Assembly: GCF_001194135.2 (NCBI RefSeq)
Contig: NC_068998.1
Coordinates: 44,835,574-44,899,573, forward strand
DNA length: 64,000 bases
Source: Octopus bimaculoides
Taxonomy: Eukaryota
Direction: 5' to 3'
Under the pieces are notes generated by a model. The model made no database searches. It was not told where the DNA came from and worked only from the letters and a program-made list of their open reading frames with translations. Position 1 is the first letter of the stretch; each line of letters starts with the position of its first letter. The position numbers were made by a program, and so were the translations under genes. Below are positions 35,785 to 48,007 of this stretch, piece after piece.

Positions 35785-36018
35785 AACTATTAGTATTGAC
35801 GTTGTTATCAATATTACCACTTAATTCATTATTGTATTTTCTTCACTGAAGTATTATTACAGACACTTCAAAATATATTTATTAATATTATTTTTTAATT
35901 CCTATTTGTAGCTATTTCTTCATTTCAATAACATTCCATCAACACCCACACACCCGCACACACACACAAACACACACACACACAAACACACATTCTCTCA
36001 TGCTCATGAATACACACA

Positions 36019-36052
<34 letters not shown>

Positions 36053-36968
36053 TGCACATACTCACATGCACACACAAAACCAACACAATCAAAATCATTT
36101 CAACGCAATTTTCTAATCTGACTTTATAGAAAAACTGACATTTTTCTCTCACATATTTCAAAGAATTATACATTAGTTCCATGGAAAACACTGTCTTTTT
36201 TTCACCCGCTTCATAAATGTACATTAAATGGGTGAAGCTCTTCTCTTCTTAATTTTGTCTTTTCTCTGTCAAAAAATATAAAGGAACACCATATTATGCA
36301 TGTTCCAGAGTCGTTGTATAGATTTTTTTAAATATAAATTGTGAATATCTGTGTATATCTGACATTGTGAGTGGTATGTGTGTGTTTGTCTGAGACTCTG
36401 CGTGTATGTAAGGTGTGGAATAAAATGTGTGATGTTTTACATGTTTTTTGTTTTGCTTTTTGGGGGGGTTTTTTTTCGCTGTTGTTGTTTTTATTTCCTT
36501 CCCAAACATGTTGGCAATACAAGACATGTCTTGGGTTCCTTTTTCATGCCAGTAATTATATACCATTGTTCTCAAGTTAGGGGTTGTATATTGTTCTTGC
36601 CATAATGATGGATGGCACAGAATAAGAGAGAAAAAAATTTGGTAAAGGTAAAAAAAAAAGGAAAAAATATCAATCAAAACCCATATTTTTTCCCTCTAAT
36701 GATTGTATGTTAAAGGAGTTGTCATAATCATTATCAGCATCGTCATCATTATTGCATCTCTGAGCATCACCATCTTTCATCATCATGTTGTCATGGTCAT
36801 CATCGTCGTCATTACCATCGTCATCATCATCATCCCCGTCATCATTTTTATCAATTGATAATTTCTGATTCAGTTACACAATAGCAATATATAAACAAAA
36901 CAAAACAAAATATTTATTTTAACAGATTTGTAATTACCACCAATACATAAACTTTAGGTAGTAGTAGC

Positions 36969-37003
<35 letters not shown>

Positions 37004-38030
37004 CAGCAGCAGCAATATCAGTATTAATAAGGGTGGCAGTACTATTAAAAGGAGTATAGCAGTAGTGGTGGCAGTAGGGGGGCAGTGCTGAGGATAATAT
37101 CATAGTGTTAGTTGTAGTAGTAGTAGTAGTAGCAACAGTAGTGACGGTTGTAGTAAATGTATGAGTAGATCAATTTTCAGCAAAACTGCATAACAAAAAA
37201 CTAGTTTAGATTTGACAAGGGAAATTACAATTAATAATTGCATAATATTTTGTTTTGATGGGTTGCTTAGGTCTGTATTGGTATGTTTATTTATTTAGAA
37301 TAGTTGATATACATACATTATAGGGGGATGGATGTTTTCTTGTTTAGTTTGCTTCATTGCTTTATTTAAAAAAAAAAAGCATTTCACTCCTCATTTTCCC
37401 GTGTCTTTCTCCAATAGTTTTTCTCTTCTAGCAAAGTGTCTTAAGTTCCTCTGATGGAGACATCACAATGGTATAATTACTGTAATTCTAAAGATCTCCT
37501 GCAGAAATATAAATAATCAGATATAGCTTGAAAGTGAAAGCTTATTGTGTGACGTTTGTATTCCTCTTCAAAAGAACTGGCAATGGAAGAAGATAGTGAA
37601 TTGTCTACAACTGATAACCAAAATTGATCTATTGTGTTGGTTTCCTGGGAACTTAGCTAACTTAATTCTGCTGTACTCCATTATCTTCCATCATGAGTAT
37701 TGCAATTATAACATTGTAGGATGAGGTGAAAAAACTAGAATGCAAGACATGACACACCTTAATCCTTTTAGCATACTTGTTAGCTGTTCTTGCAGTCTTC
37801 AGCCTCATTTTTTTGTCAGTTATAAGAATGGAATATTGAATGAGAGTATGATCTTCTTCATGGAATCACTGGTGTGACTTAGATTCATTTATTATGTGAT
37901 AGCACAACCAAAAACTATGTCCCAAAGGATGAGATTTCCTCGTTTCAAACATTCAAAACAACTCCACTTCTCACCATTAATTGAACACTATCCAAGCACC
38001 ACCTTCACTATTTATTCCAAAATTGTACTC

Positions 38031-38270
38031 TTTCATCATCATCATCATCATCATCATCGTTTAACGTCCGCTTTCCATGCTAGCATGGGTTGGACGATTT
38101 GACTGAGGTCTGGTGAACCAGATGGCTACAGCAGGCTCCAATCTGATCTGGCAGAGTTTCTACAGCGGGATGCCCTTCCTAACGCCAACCACTCCGAGAG
38201 TGTAGTGGGTGCTTTTACGTGCCACCGGCATGAAGGCCAGTCAGGTGGTACTGGCAATGGCCACGCATCA
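38031..38270 (-). mobile_element. Young family F copy
   Basis: (CAT)n cgtttaacgtccgctttccatgctagcatggg...gcccttcctaacgccaaccactccgagag; CpGs retained. Confidence 0.9.
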
Positions 38271-39207
38271 GACTTTATTTACTAAAACACTAGGGGACAT
38301 AAAGAGATTGAACATAAATAACAGTGTCTTTTAAACTGTAGTTAATATAACAACAGATGTGGGACACACACACTTATAATGGACATCTATACAATCAATA
38401 TCTAGTAAAGTCTATTTACAAGGTATTAATTAACCAGATATTATAGCGGAAGACATTTGTCTATGTTCTCTGCAGTGAGACCAAATCAGGAAAGATAGAG
38501 TTAAGGAATAAATTTTTTAAGTATGCAGCCGAGTCTGTCCCCTTCTGTTTTGTGTTTATTTCTCATTTTAATTGATTTTTACCTTCCATCCTTCTAAAGT
38601 TATTGAAAAAATACTGGAAACCATGGCAGTGATCCAGCTTGGCCACAGCTGGATGGTTGAAACCTGTACAAGAATAGAATAAAAGAATCTACAGACATTG
38701 ATTCGGTCAATGATAGATTTCCGTTAGATGGTGGTGGCCTTATGCCAATGTAAGAAATTATTAATATTATGTACTGAGGATGCATCAAAGGTAGCAGAGC
38801 CAGAATAAACTACATCATGTTTGAGCTTGATCTAGTTTATCAAAGATGGGTGCATGCATGGCTTTGTGGTCAAGAAGCTCACTTCACAATTAAATGCTGT
38901 TGAAGACTGAATTACCAGTGAGCACCACTTTGAGCAAGTATCTGTTACCATGGCTGCCTCAGATCCACCATTACTTTGTGAATGGAATTTGGTAAACAGA
39001 AACTGAGTGGAAGACCATCAAAAGAACCACTCTTGTAAACCCTTTATCCAGTTTAGCACCACCTCTTGGCAGTTGGGTGCTTTTAATGAAATCCAGTCTG
39101 TTGCAAGTGTTTGAACCAGATCTCTGAGCTGAATTAATTTATTTCCTTTCTATCATTAATCTTAGAGACCCTGACAAGGGTTATCATTGCTGCCCTTTCT
39201 TTGGATA

Positions 39208-39530
39208 CTGAGACCCCCTTCGGTCATGACTGACCATGGGATTGCACCTAGAAAGTTACCCTCCCAGGCACAAGTCCGGACAAGGTTGTTTATGGAAGAC
39301 CAGCAGTCGCCCATGCATACCTACCTCCTATCTCCACGCCACCAGTGATATCTGAGGGAAAGGCAAATGCCGATACAGGTTGGCACCTGTGACGTCGCAA
39401 CTCATTTCTACAGCTGAGTGAACTGGAGCAACATGAATTAAAGTGTCTTGTTCGAGAACACAACAAGCAGCCCAGTCCAGGATTCGAACTCCCAATCATA
39501 AGCTCTAACCACTGAGCCATGCACCTTCAC
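39208..39530 (-). mobile_element. SINE family C
   Basis: Reverse complement of 51829-52158; exact 11-bp TSD ttctttggata at 39197-39207 and 39531-39541. Confidence 0.9.
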
Positions 39531-39599
39531 TTCTTTGGATAAGCTGTTAAAAAAAAAAAATTACAACGCCACATGGATGTGCTGAATATCATATATTAA

Positions 39600-39815
39600 C
39601 CCTTTGGCATTCAGGTTATGCTGGCATATGTAATGCTTATATCCATTGTTTAAAATTAATCATACATTATCATGGAGCTTTCAAGTTTTGGTAATGTAAC
39701 TGTTTATTTTTAAAGTGACATTATAGGATAGGTGTGAGAGACCAGGTCTGGCCACTTTGAACATAAATCAAATAAAATTCTTGAGACAGAGATGGCTAGT
39801 TTAAATGCGAAAAAG
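39600..39815. mobile_element. Possible piggyBac-type MITE
   Basis: ttaa|ccctttggcattca ... aaatgcgaaaaag|tcaa: degenerate TIRs, with TTAA on the left and TCAA on the right. Confidence 0.45.
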
Positions 39816-40616
39816 TCAACCTGTAACCACCATTCATCCTCATGTGATTATTGTTGTCCAATCCCAGCTCAACCCAATGAGAGCAGACCTTAAATAAAGA
39901 CACTCTAGTTTTGACCACCCCATCTAGTTTTCAGATTCTATGTGGCATACTCAGCCACATTTACTCTCTAATTCAATGAACATGGTGGGTAATTGATAAA
40001 AAAAAGAAACTGGAATACACAGTGTAGAAAACAACAGAAATCCATTTACATTTATGTAAGAACTGTCAAGGCTATTTTACCCTCAGTAAGAATATTAAAG
40101 TAAAAGTGTGTCAACAGAGCCAAGACTAATGTAGTGAGTCCTTGTAACTTCTCGATTCTGACAGTCTGATGCTATCAGAGATCCATTTTGACATTCAATT
40201 AATTCAATTAGACACATAACTTTTACACTTGAAATATTTTACCCCACCAAAAGATAACATGATTTAGTGAGTGCATGGTACACATACACACACAAATTTT
40301 TCTTTCCTTTTTTAACTATTCTTATTTTTTAGCTGTTCTGGAATGAAGTCACAAAAATTTTGAATTCAATTGTAAATGTGGGATAACAAGAGAAAGAGAG
40401 TTGGTGGGGGGATGGCATGGCTGTGGAGAAATATTCATAAAAGACATGTATCAGTTCTATAATTCAGCTAGACATATTCTGATTTCAACATTGATGACAT
40501 TTTCTTGAGACTTCTCTGGTACTTTTTTAGTGAAGGTTATTTTTCTCATTCTTTAAATATTTTCTAAGTTATTTTCATCTTTGCGAATGTATGTCAGTTA
40601 ATAATAGTAATAATAA

Positions 40617-40848
40617 GGGCAGCGAGCTGGCAGAATCGTTAGTACGCCAGGCGAAATGCCTGGTGGTATTTCGTCTGCCGTTAAGTTCTGAGTTCAAATT
40701 CTGCCGAGGTCAACTTTGCCATTCATCCTTTTGGGGTCACTTAAATAAGTACCAGTTACACACTGGGGTTGATGTAATCAACTAATCCCTTTGTCTGTCC
40801 TTGTTTGTCCTCTCTATGTTTAGCCCCCTGTGGGCAATAAAGAAATAA
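40617..40848 (+). mobile_element. SINE family E (alternative 3' tail)
   Basis: ggcagcgagctggcagaatcgttag head; tail ttgtctgtcc...gggcaataaagaaataa differs from most E copies. Confidence 0.9.
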
Positions 40849-40870
40849 ATTATAGTAATAATAATAATAA

Positions 40871-41087
40871 TCCTTTCTACAATAAGCACAAGGCCTGATA
40901 TTTGAGTGAGGAGGGGACTAGTTGATTACATAACCCCCCAGTGTTTCACTGGTACTTAATTTATCAACCCTAAAAGTATGAAAGGTAAAGTCAGCCTCAG
41001 CAGAATTTGAACTTAGAACATAGCAATGGGCAAAATATCACTAACCATTTTACTCCCATGCCAACAATCCTGCTAGCTCACTGCCTT
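40871..41087 (-). mobile_element. SINE family E, inverted relative to 40617-40848
   Basis: Reverse complement begins ggcagtgagctagcaggattgttggc. Confidence 0.88.
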
Positions 41088-41114
41088 AATAATAATGATG
41101 ATGATGATGACAAC

Positions 41115-41430
41115 GACTATGACGATTTGACATAGGAAGAATTTGGAGCATGCAAATAGTAAAGATCATGCCTGTAATAATTGGTGTGTTGGAAACGGTA
41201 AGCCAAGATTTAGACAAATGGCTGAAGGAGATTGAAATAGAATGCCTGGTAGAGCTCCTACGAAAATTTGTCTCTTAGAGACAGCAAGGATTATCAGGAG
41301 GGTTCTTAGCACTTGAAAGTCTGCTGAAAACTTGTGGATACCTAAGGTTACATGTAGTAGCCCGATACTCACATAAATTCTACAAGGAATAAGACCAAAC
41401 CTGAGCCCAACCAAAGATAATAACAATTTC
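41115..41430 (+). mobile_element. R4/Dong-type 3' relic, copy c (related to copy a)
   Basis: YDDLT*E..IWSMQIVKIMPVIIGVLETVSQDLDKWLKEI...CLLETARIIRRVLST*; next to AAT/GAT tracts. Confidence 0.8.
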
Positions 41431-41944
41431 TGAATATAATAAAAGGGCAACACAAATATATCACAATATGTTAGAAATTCAACTCAGACAGAATAATAAT
41501 GACTACCACCACAATCCCAACCTGTACACCACAACAGCACCTGTACATTTCTTTAATAGACACCAATACAAAATGAAAGCATTAAAATACAACTAAATAA
41601 CAGAGTATAATAGCATACAATCGATTGACATTTATAAATTGGGTGTTATGTGTATGTGTGTGTATGAGAGTTACGAGGGGGTTATAATTCTTGATATCAT
41701 TATTTACAAAATAGCGTTGTTGACAGATGAATTAAAATGTGTATTATGTATGGTAGGTCAAGTCACTTTAGATCTCATTACTCAAAGTTTTAAGCCTAGA
41801 GGTAATTCTCAAATGAGGATGGATGTTTGGTGATGAAAGTAACAGAATAATAAGGTAACACAATATTCAGAGAAGCCTGATGCAGTCTTCTGGCTTGCCA
41901 GTGCCTATCGAACCACCCAAACCAAACCAACATGGAAAACGAAC

Positions 41945-41975
<31 letters not shown>

Positions 41976-42164
41976 TATTATTTTTATTATTATTATTATT
42001 ATTATTTTTTCTACTATAGGCACAAGGCTTGGAATTTGATGGGAGGGGAGTGGTTGGTTACATCAACCCCAGTGTTTCACTGGTATTTAATTTATTGAAC
42101 CCAAAAGGATGAAAGGCAAAGTCGATCTCAGTGGAAATAATAGTAACAATGATATAACTGCTAT

Positions 42165-42635
42165 AAAAGATGGGGTACAGCAAATATTCTGCTCAATATT
42201 ACAGATTTGATTGTCAGTTACTTCACCTTAACCAGTTGAGCATGTCTTTTGGTGACAATATGTGCATCTCTGATCATCAGCAGAAGTAGTGGGGGACTAT
42301 CATAACCACGTGTTGAGCGGAATTCTTTAGGGTTTCAATAATTCACCTCTGGAAACATGGGTATTTCATTCATAGTTTTTAAACAAACCTTATTCAGTGA
42401 CCTTTTAAGCGAGATGGGCTAGCCAACCTGAAAAAGTTCTAATTGGACCCTACCTGCAAGGTCATGTGCTGTTTATCTTGATACGAGATCCCCATTTCGT
42501 GCATATCTGGTTGTGATGCATGTGCCTGATGTTCTATTATCAGACAGGTAGTCATGATGGAAATACTGCACTTGCATATTTGTATCCCAGTTTCCCTTGA
42601 TGGCTTGTGCTGCTCTCTCCCTTAATAATGATAAT
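42165..42635 (+). mobile_element. Probable retroelement 3' segment, unclassified
   Basis: GC-richer, non-repetitive block ending in an AAT-rich tail; single copy in the window, so the call is inferential. Confidence 0.3.
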
Positions 42636-42742
42636 AATACAATATACAAAAAGACAAGATAGTCAAAGTGGTGGAGCACTTTATTAATCTTAGACCTATA
42701 AAATCAGAGCTGGCTACAGCTAAATAACAGTTATATTAGCAG

Positions 42743-42788
<46 letters not shown>

Positions 42789-42842
42789 TTCGTAAACTCA
42801 TATCCTCCGACGCTACTCTCTCTCTTTCTCTTTCTCTTTCTT

Positions 42843-42939
42843 TGTTCCCCCTCTCGTTCTTCCTCTTTACTACTACGTATCTCGCTTTACCCCTCTCGTT
42901 CTTCCTCTGTTACTACTACGTACCTCTTTTTTCCCCTTC
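42843..42939. repeat. ~43-bp minisatellite running into an assembly gap
   Basis: cccctctcgttcttcctct(g)ttactactacgta occurs twice before the N-run at 42940. Confidence 0.85.
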
Positions 42940-44309
42940 NNNNNNNNNNNNNNNNNNNNNNNNNNNNNNNNNNNNNNNNNNNNNNNNNNNNNNNNNNNNN
43001 NNNNNNNNNNNNNNNNNNNNNNNNNNNNNNNNNNNNNNNNNNNNNNNNNNNNNNNNNNNNNNNNNNNNNNNNNNNNNNNNNNNNNNNNNNNNNNNNNNNN
43101 NNNNNNNNNNNNNNNNNNNNNNNNNNNNNNNNNNNNNNNNNNNNNNNNNNNNNNNNNNNNNNNNNNNNNNNNNNNNNNNNNNNNNNNNNNNNNNNNNNNN
43201 NNNNNNNNNNNNNNNNNNNNNNNNNNNNNNNNNNNNNNNNNNNNNNNTGTCCGCCACTACATTCCTCCATGGCTAGATTTAATTTGCGTATACAAATTTA
43301 ATCTGCGATCCATGGGACGAGCCGTTTTAACGATGCGTCCTGCCCAAGCTCGTCGAAACGCAGGTGTTAAAATGTGGGTAGCTGATGAAGTAGAATGTTC
43401 TCTATGTGGCTCGTGTGTTCTCGTCTACATTTGTTTGCAATGTCCTGTACCCAGATATGCACCTATACATACAGGTGGATGTCGGTATGCACATACCTGT
43501 ACATATATATGCATATACTCATTTACTATTTGTTTTTATATATATATATATATATATGTAAGATAAATTGGATGAGCCATGGGGATAGTGATGGAGGTGG
43601 TACAGAGTTTATGACAAGCGAAAGCTATTTAGAGTCAGAAAGACAAAGTAGTAAATATCATGAAGAGACAACGGATATAGAGTTTAGCTTCTATCTTAGA
43701 ACACTTGATTGCTGCAATTGTCTGTGAGGGCAGAGCACTTTTAATCAGATCATAAAAAAGATAAATACAGAGAATAATGAACAGAGAAATGAAAAAATGA
43801 ATGAATGAATATGTAATGTTAGAGTTTCCAACTGAAGTTATGCTGGATGAATAAATAATAATATTTATAGAATGTTACAATTGCTTAACGGCAGATATGT
43901 TGGGCACAAGTGGTGTGAAGACAATAGAAATTAAAGTACAAATCTATATAACTCACTCTCTCCTTCTCTCTCTCTTTCTTTCTCTCTCTTTCTCTTTCTC
44001 TCTCACTCTACATCTATCTCATTATATATATGTGTGTGGTTTTGGATAAAAGAAAATACAGGATTCGTTAATTATCCAACATATATCTCTCACAGACTCA
44101 CACGCTTAATGCAGTGATCTTTCAGTTTTTCTAAGCCCTGTAAAAGAACTTTCCTACTGGTATCTTGGGACCCACATGATAACAGAATTAATTATGAATA
44201 TCAGCCAAAGGGAGACAATACTCTGTTATTGATGTAGGGTGATGAAGTCTTTTCCTCTTCCATTTTCTAAGGAGGCCACTGGCTACAGAGGCCATGTGCC
44301 AACAGGTTT

Positions 44310-44372
44310 TGGGGTCTGATGACATGTGGTAAAGCTAAGCACTTCATGGATGTGAAACCCATGGTTATCCCA
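44310..44372 (+). ncRNA. Type-I hammerhead-like fold, canonical core, defective stem II junction
   Basis: Stem I UGGGGU(44310-15)/AUCCCA(44367-72); CUGAUGA 44316-22; GAAA 44354-57; stem III ACC/GGU; GUU triplet. The 10.1-11.1 position is a C.U mismatch. Confidence 0.25.
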
Positions 44373-44452
44373 TTGACTGGCCTTATCTAGCCTTATATAC
44401 TATACTGCTCTATAATTTAGAGTGTGCTTCTTTTTCAGATTAATGTTTTACC

Positions 44453-44483
<31 letters not shown>

Positions 44484-44499
44484 GGTGTTAAAATTATTA

Positions 44500-44641
44500 T
44501 GATTGACCGTTGACTGAACACTATTCAATTTTTTTTCTCCGTGTTTTTCTCCTTGTCTCCGTATTCTTTCTGTTGAAGAGCGTAGCTCGAAACGTCAAAG
44601 ACTTTCCGTATTCCCGAGCGTCATACTAATATATACTTTTG
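44500..44641 (+). mobile_element. Probable Penelope-like element terminal-repeat fragment
   Basis: CpG-rich segment next to (TA)n and a gap, carrying a minimal hammerhead-like motif; 21 bp recur exactly, inverted, at 62836-62856. The Penelope assignment is inferred from the ribozyme layout. Confidence 0.45.
44565..44601 (+). ncRNA. Minimal type-I hammerhead-like ribozyme with variant core
   Basis: Stem I UCUUU/AAAGA; core CUGUUGA plus an extra A; stem II GAGC-GUA-GCUC; GAAA; palindromic ACGU stem III; GUC triplet, predicted cut after 44596. Confidence 0.45.
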
Positions 44642-44651
44642 NNNNNNNNNN

Positions 44652-44713
<62 letters not shown>

Positions 44714-45408
44714 CATACACACACACACATGCACATACCCATACACACATGTACATGCACTCATATTTGTGCACAGTGGTTAAGTAATTTACTTCACAAT
44801 ATATATACATCTCTACAATATTATAAGGATCTTAAGTTCTCAAGATGATATAAACAAATAGTAAACATGGAGAAATGAAAATACAATTCCAAAATGTCAC
44901 CAGTTTTTTTTCCCCAGTTTTACTGCCGTTTGTGATTTTATTCACAAATCTAAAGCTTGTTTGATATCTCACCATCGATACAAGCTCTAGATACTTGACT
45001 GAGAAAGTTGAACCCTTGAGCATGAAAACTAACATGAGAACCCCCATCATGTTTATATATGTATGTAATAGTGGAAGTGTCATTAAGTGCTGTTTTGTGC
45101 GTGTATGGTTTGGTGAGTGCTACTTGGTGCAAAAATGTGCATGTTTGTTGATGCGTGCATATCAGTAAATGTTTCTTATTATATGTTTTTGTATCAAAGA
45201 GTCAAGAATCAGGAAGATAATTTATATAATTTATATAGCATTTATAGAATTTGAACATTTCTTTCTATAACACTTCTTTATCTCTGTCTATCTAGTTATC
45301 TGTTTATTTATTTATCTATCTAGTTATTTTATCTAGCCATTAACAAACCATCTATCAGTCCCTCCTTTATCTCACTTTCCCTCTGTCTTTTCATTTCATT
45401 CTCTCTGA

Positions 45409-45442
<34 letters not shown>

Positions 45443-45562
45443 GTCTCCACCTTTATTCCCATTCATTCCATCTCACATCTTATTTCCCAATATTTTAATC
45501 CATCAAATCAATTTTTCTCAACTCTCTCAACCTCTTCCTCCTCCATTGACCATGTATTTCAC

Positions 45563-45657
<95 letters not shown>

Positions 45658-47611
45658 AAAATCCTCCACTAACACCATCATTATTGAAACACTCCACCAC
45701 CTAATTAATGCATCGTTCTATCCTCCAGAAGTGCCTTCTAATGTTATCATCATCATCATCATCATCATCATCATGCTCTTTCTCACCACCATCTTCTCTT
45801 CTTCCACCTCTTCCTCCTCCACCCTGAATATTGCTACCTCTTAAACTCAATTACTTCCCCATTTTAAATCCAGATACAAATAACTTTCAGCTCATTTTTA
45901 ATAATTTTTTTTTTTTTTTGTCTTAATTCTTTATTTTTTTCATATATTTTCTTTTCTTCATTTCTCTTTCTTGTACCTGGAATGGGGAAAATAGTTTTTA
46001 GCTTATTTTCGACTCTGCAGTAATTTTGTGTGACACATTGCAGACTGAGTGTGATGGAACTGGATTGGTATGAATATTTTAAAAAACAAAAGATCTACAG
46101 TTGGCAGAAAATGTTGGTGCCATGGTAGAGATGACACGAGAATATAAACCTCTATCTAAATCAGTGATTCTTAACTGGGGTCCATATAAGATTTTTGGGG
46201 CTCCATGCGACAAAATAGTAAAGATCCACAATAGCATTTTAGGGGCCTCTGAAAAAATTTTGGTTTAGATGTGTTCACTGCAAGAAACACTTAGGTTTCA
46301 TTCAAACAAGATACCTTTTAGTATTTATTCCTGCTCTTTATGCTTTGAGTTCCTGGATGAAAGGTGATAGATTATCACCCAGTTTCACACTGGCATCTGG
46401 TTTTGGGTGCCTTAGATGGTGATTGTGATGTTGCAAGCCTTTAGGCCAGGCCCTCAGTTTGAGGATCACCTCTTTCCTTCCTTCTGCAAGTTTTGGAGCC
46501 CTTGCTAATATAAACACTTATGCATGCTACTGTTCCTTCTCTGCTTAAAGGGTTTTAAAGTGTGTGTGTAAGACATATTGTATAATATACATATCAATGA
46601 AAACAGCCTTCAACATATAGTCAGTTTTGTGGTACTTGATCATATGGGAATATTTTCACAAATATTACCAAAGGATCTGACTTATCTATTGTCAGTGGCC
46701 ACTTAAGATGCTAGGAACAGCAACCATATCTCTCGTCGATCGACCTGACACTATACTAGATGACCCTTCTCCAAACTGCTGCACAGGAAGATCAAATCCA
46801 GAACCATGTGGTTATAAAATGAACTTCTTAACCATATGCATTTAACAGTCCTCACTTATGGTACCTATCTGCAGCTAAATGAACCTAACACATTTGGAAT
46901 TTAGACTCTTGGCCAAGGACAGAATGTGATTCTGGCAGTAAGAGATGAACCATCATCAGTTAGGCTAGGACTATAAATCACCTCAAATTGCTGTAAACTC
47001 AGATTATGAAAGAATCCCCAAAGAAAAAAGTAATAAATATAAGAAACAAATCGAAAAGCAAAATATTGTTAGAAATAAATGTCAGTTTATAAGATGGCAA
47101 TTGAAATTTCTGAACATGTAGCAATAAAAAATAAAATACAGACCCCCCCCCCCCCACACACACACACTCTGCTGCCCAACATTTCGAAGTTTATTTCAGT
47201 TTAATTGGCAATGCACTCTACCCACTGGGGTTTCATTTCATTCATCTGTCAAACATCCTTTCCATAAACACACATAAAAGGGACGGTTGAAGCAGGGAAC
47301 TGATGATGCAGTAATTTTGTCTTGAATCAATAAGACTAAAAGCTTAAACTCCATACCTCAGGGTGCTACAAATCAGGGAATCTATAAATCTAAATAAAAA
47401 CAAATTTGCATCAGTAGAAATAAGAACAACATCGAATCAACATTGTAGCTGAGGCCATATTGTATCAGTTATTATAGACATATTTCGTTGTTGTTGTTTT
47501 TTAACTCTAGGTCACTCTTGATTGGGCAATTCTGTGATCAAAGAAGTCCAGTCTCAACTGTTTTGTTTTTCTGGGGTTTATTTTTTTTGTTGTGTACAAC
47601 AAGGATCTACA

Positions 47612-48007
47612 CTTACTCTTACTCTCTTTTTACTCTTTTACTTGTTTCAGTCATTTGACTGCGGCCATGCTGCAGCACCACCTTTAGTCGAGTAAATCGA
47701 TCCCAGCAAGCCTAGTACTTATTCTATCGGTCTCTTTTGCCAAACTGCTAAGTTACAGGGACGTAAACACACCACCATCGGTTGTCAAGCAATGTTAGGG
47801 GGACAAGCAGACACACAAACATATATACACAAACATACATATATACGACAGGCTTCTTTCAGTTTCTGCCTACCAAATCCACTCACAAGGCTTTGGGGCC
47901 CGAGGCTTTAGTAGAAGACACTTGTCCAAGGTGCCACACAGTGGGAATGAACCCGGAACCATGTGGTTGATAAGCAAGCTACTTACCACACAGCCACTCC
48001 TATGCCT
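47612..48007 (-). mobile_element. SINE family D, full-length
   Basis: Reverse complement of the D consensus seen at 19865-20283; (AAGAGT)-like tail. Confidence 0.92.
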
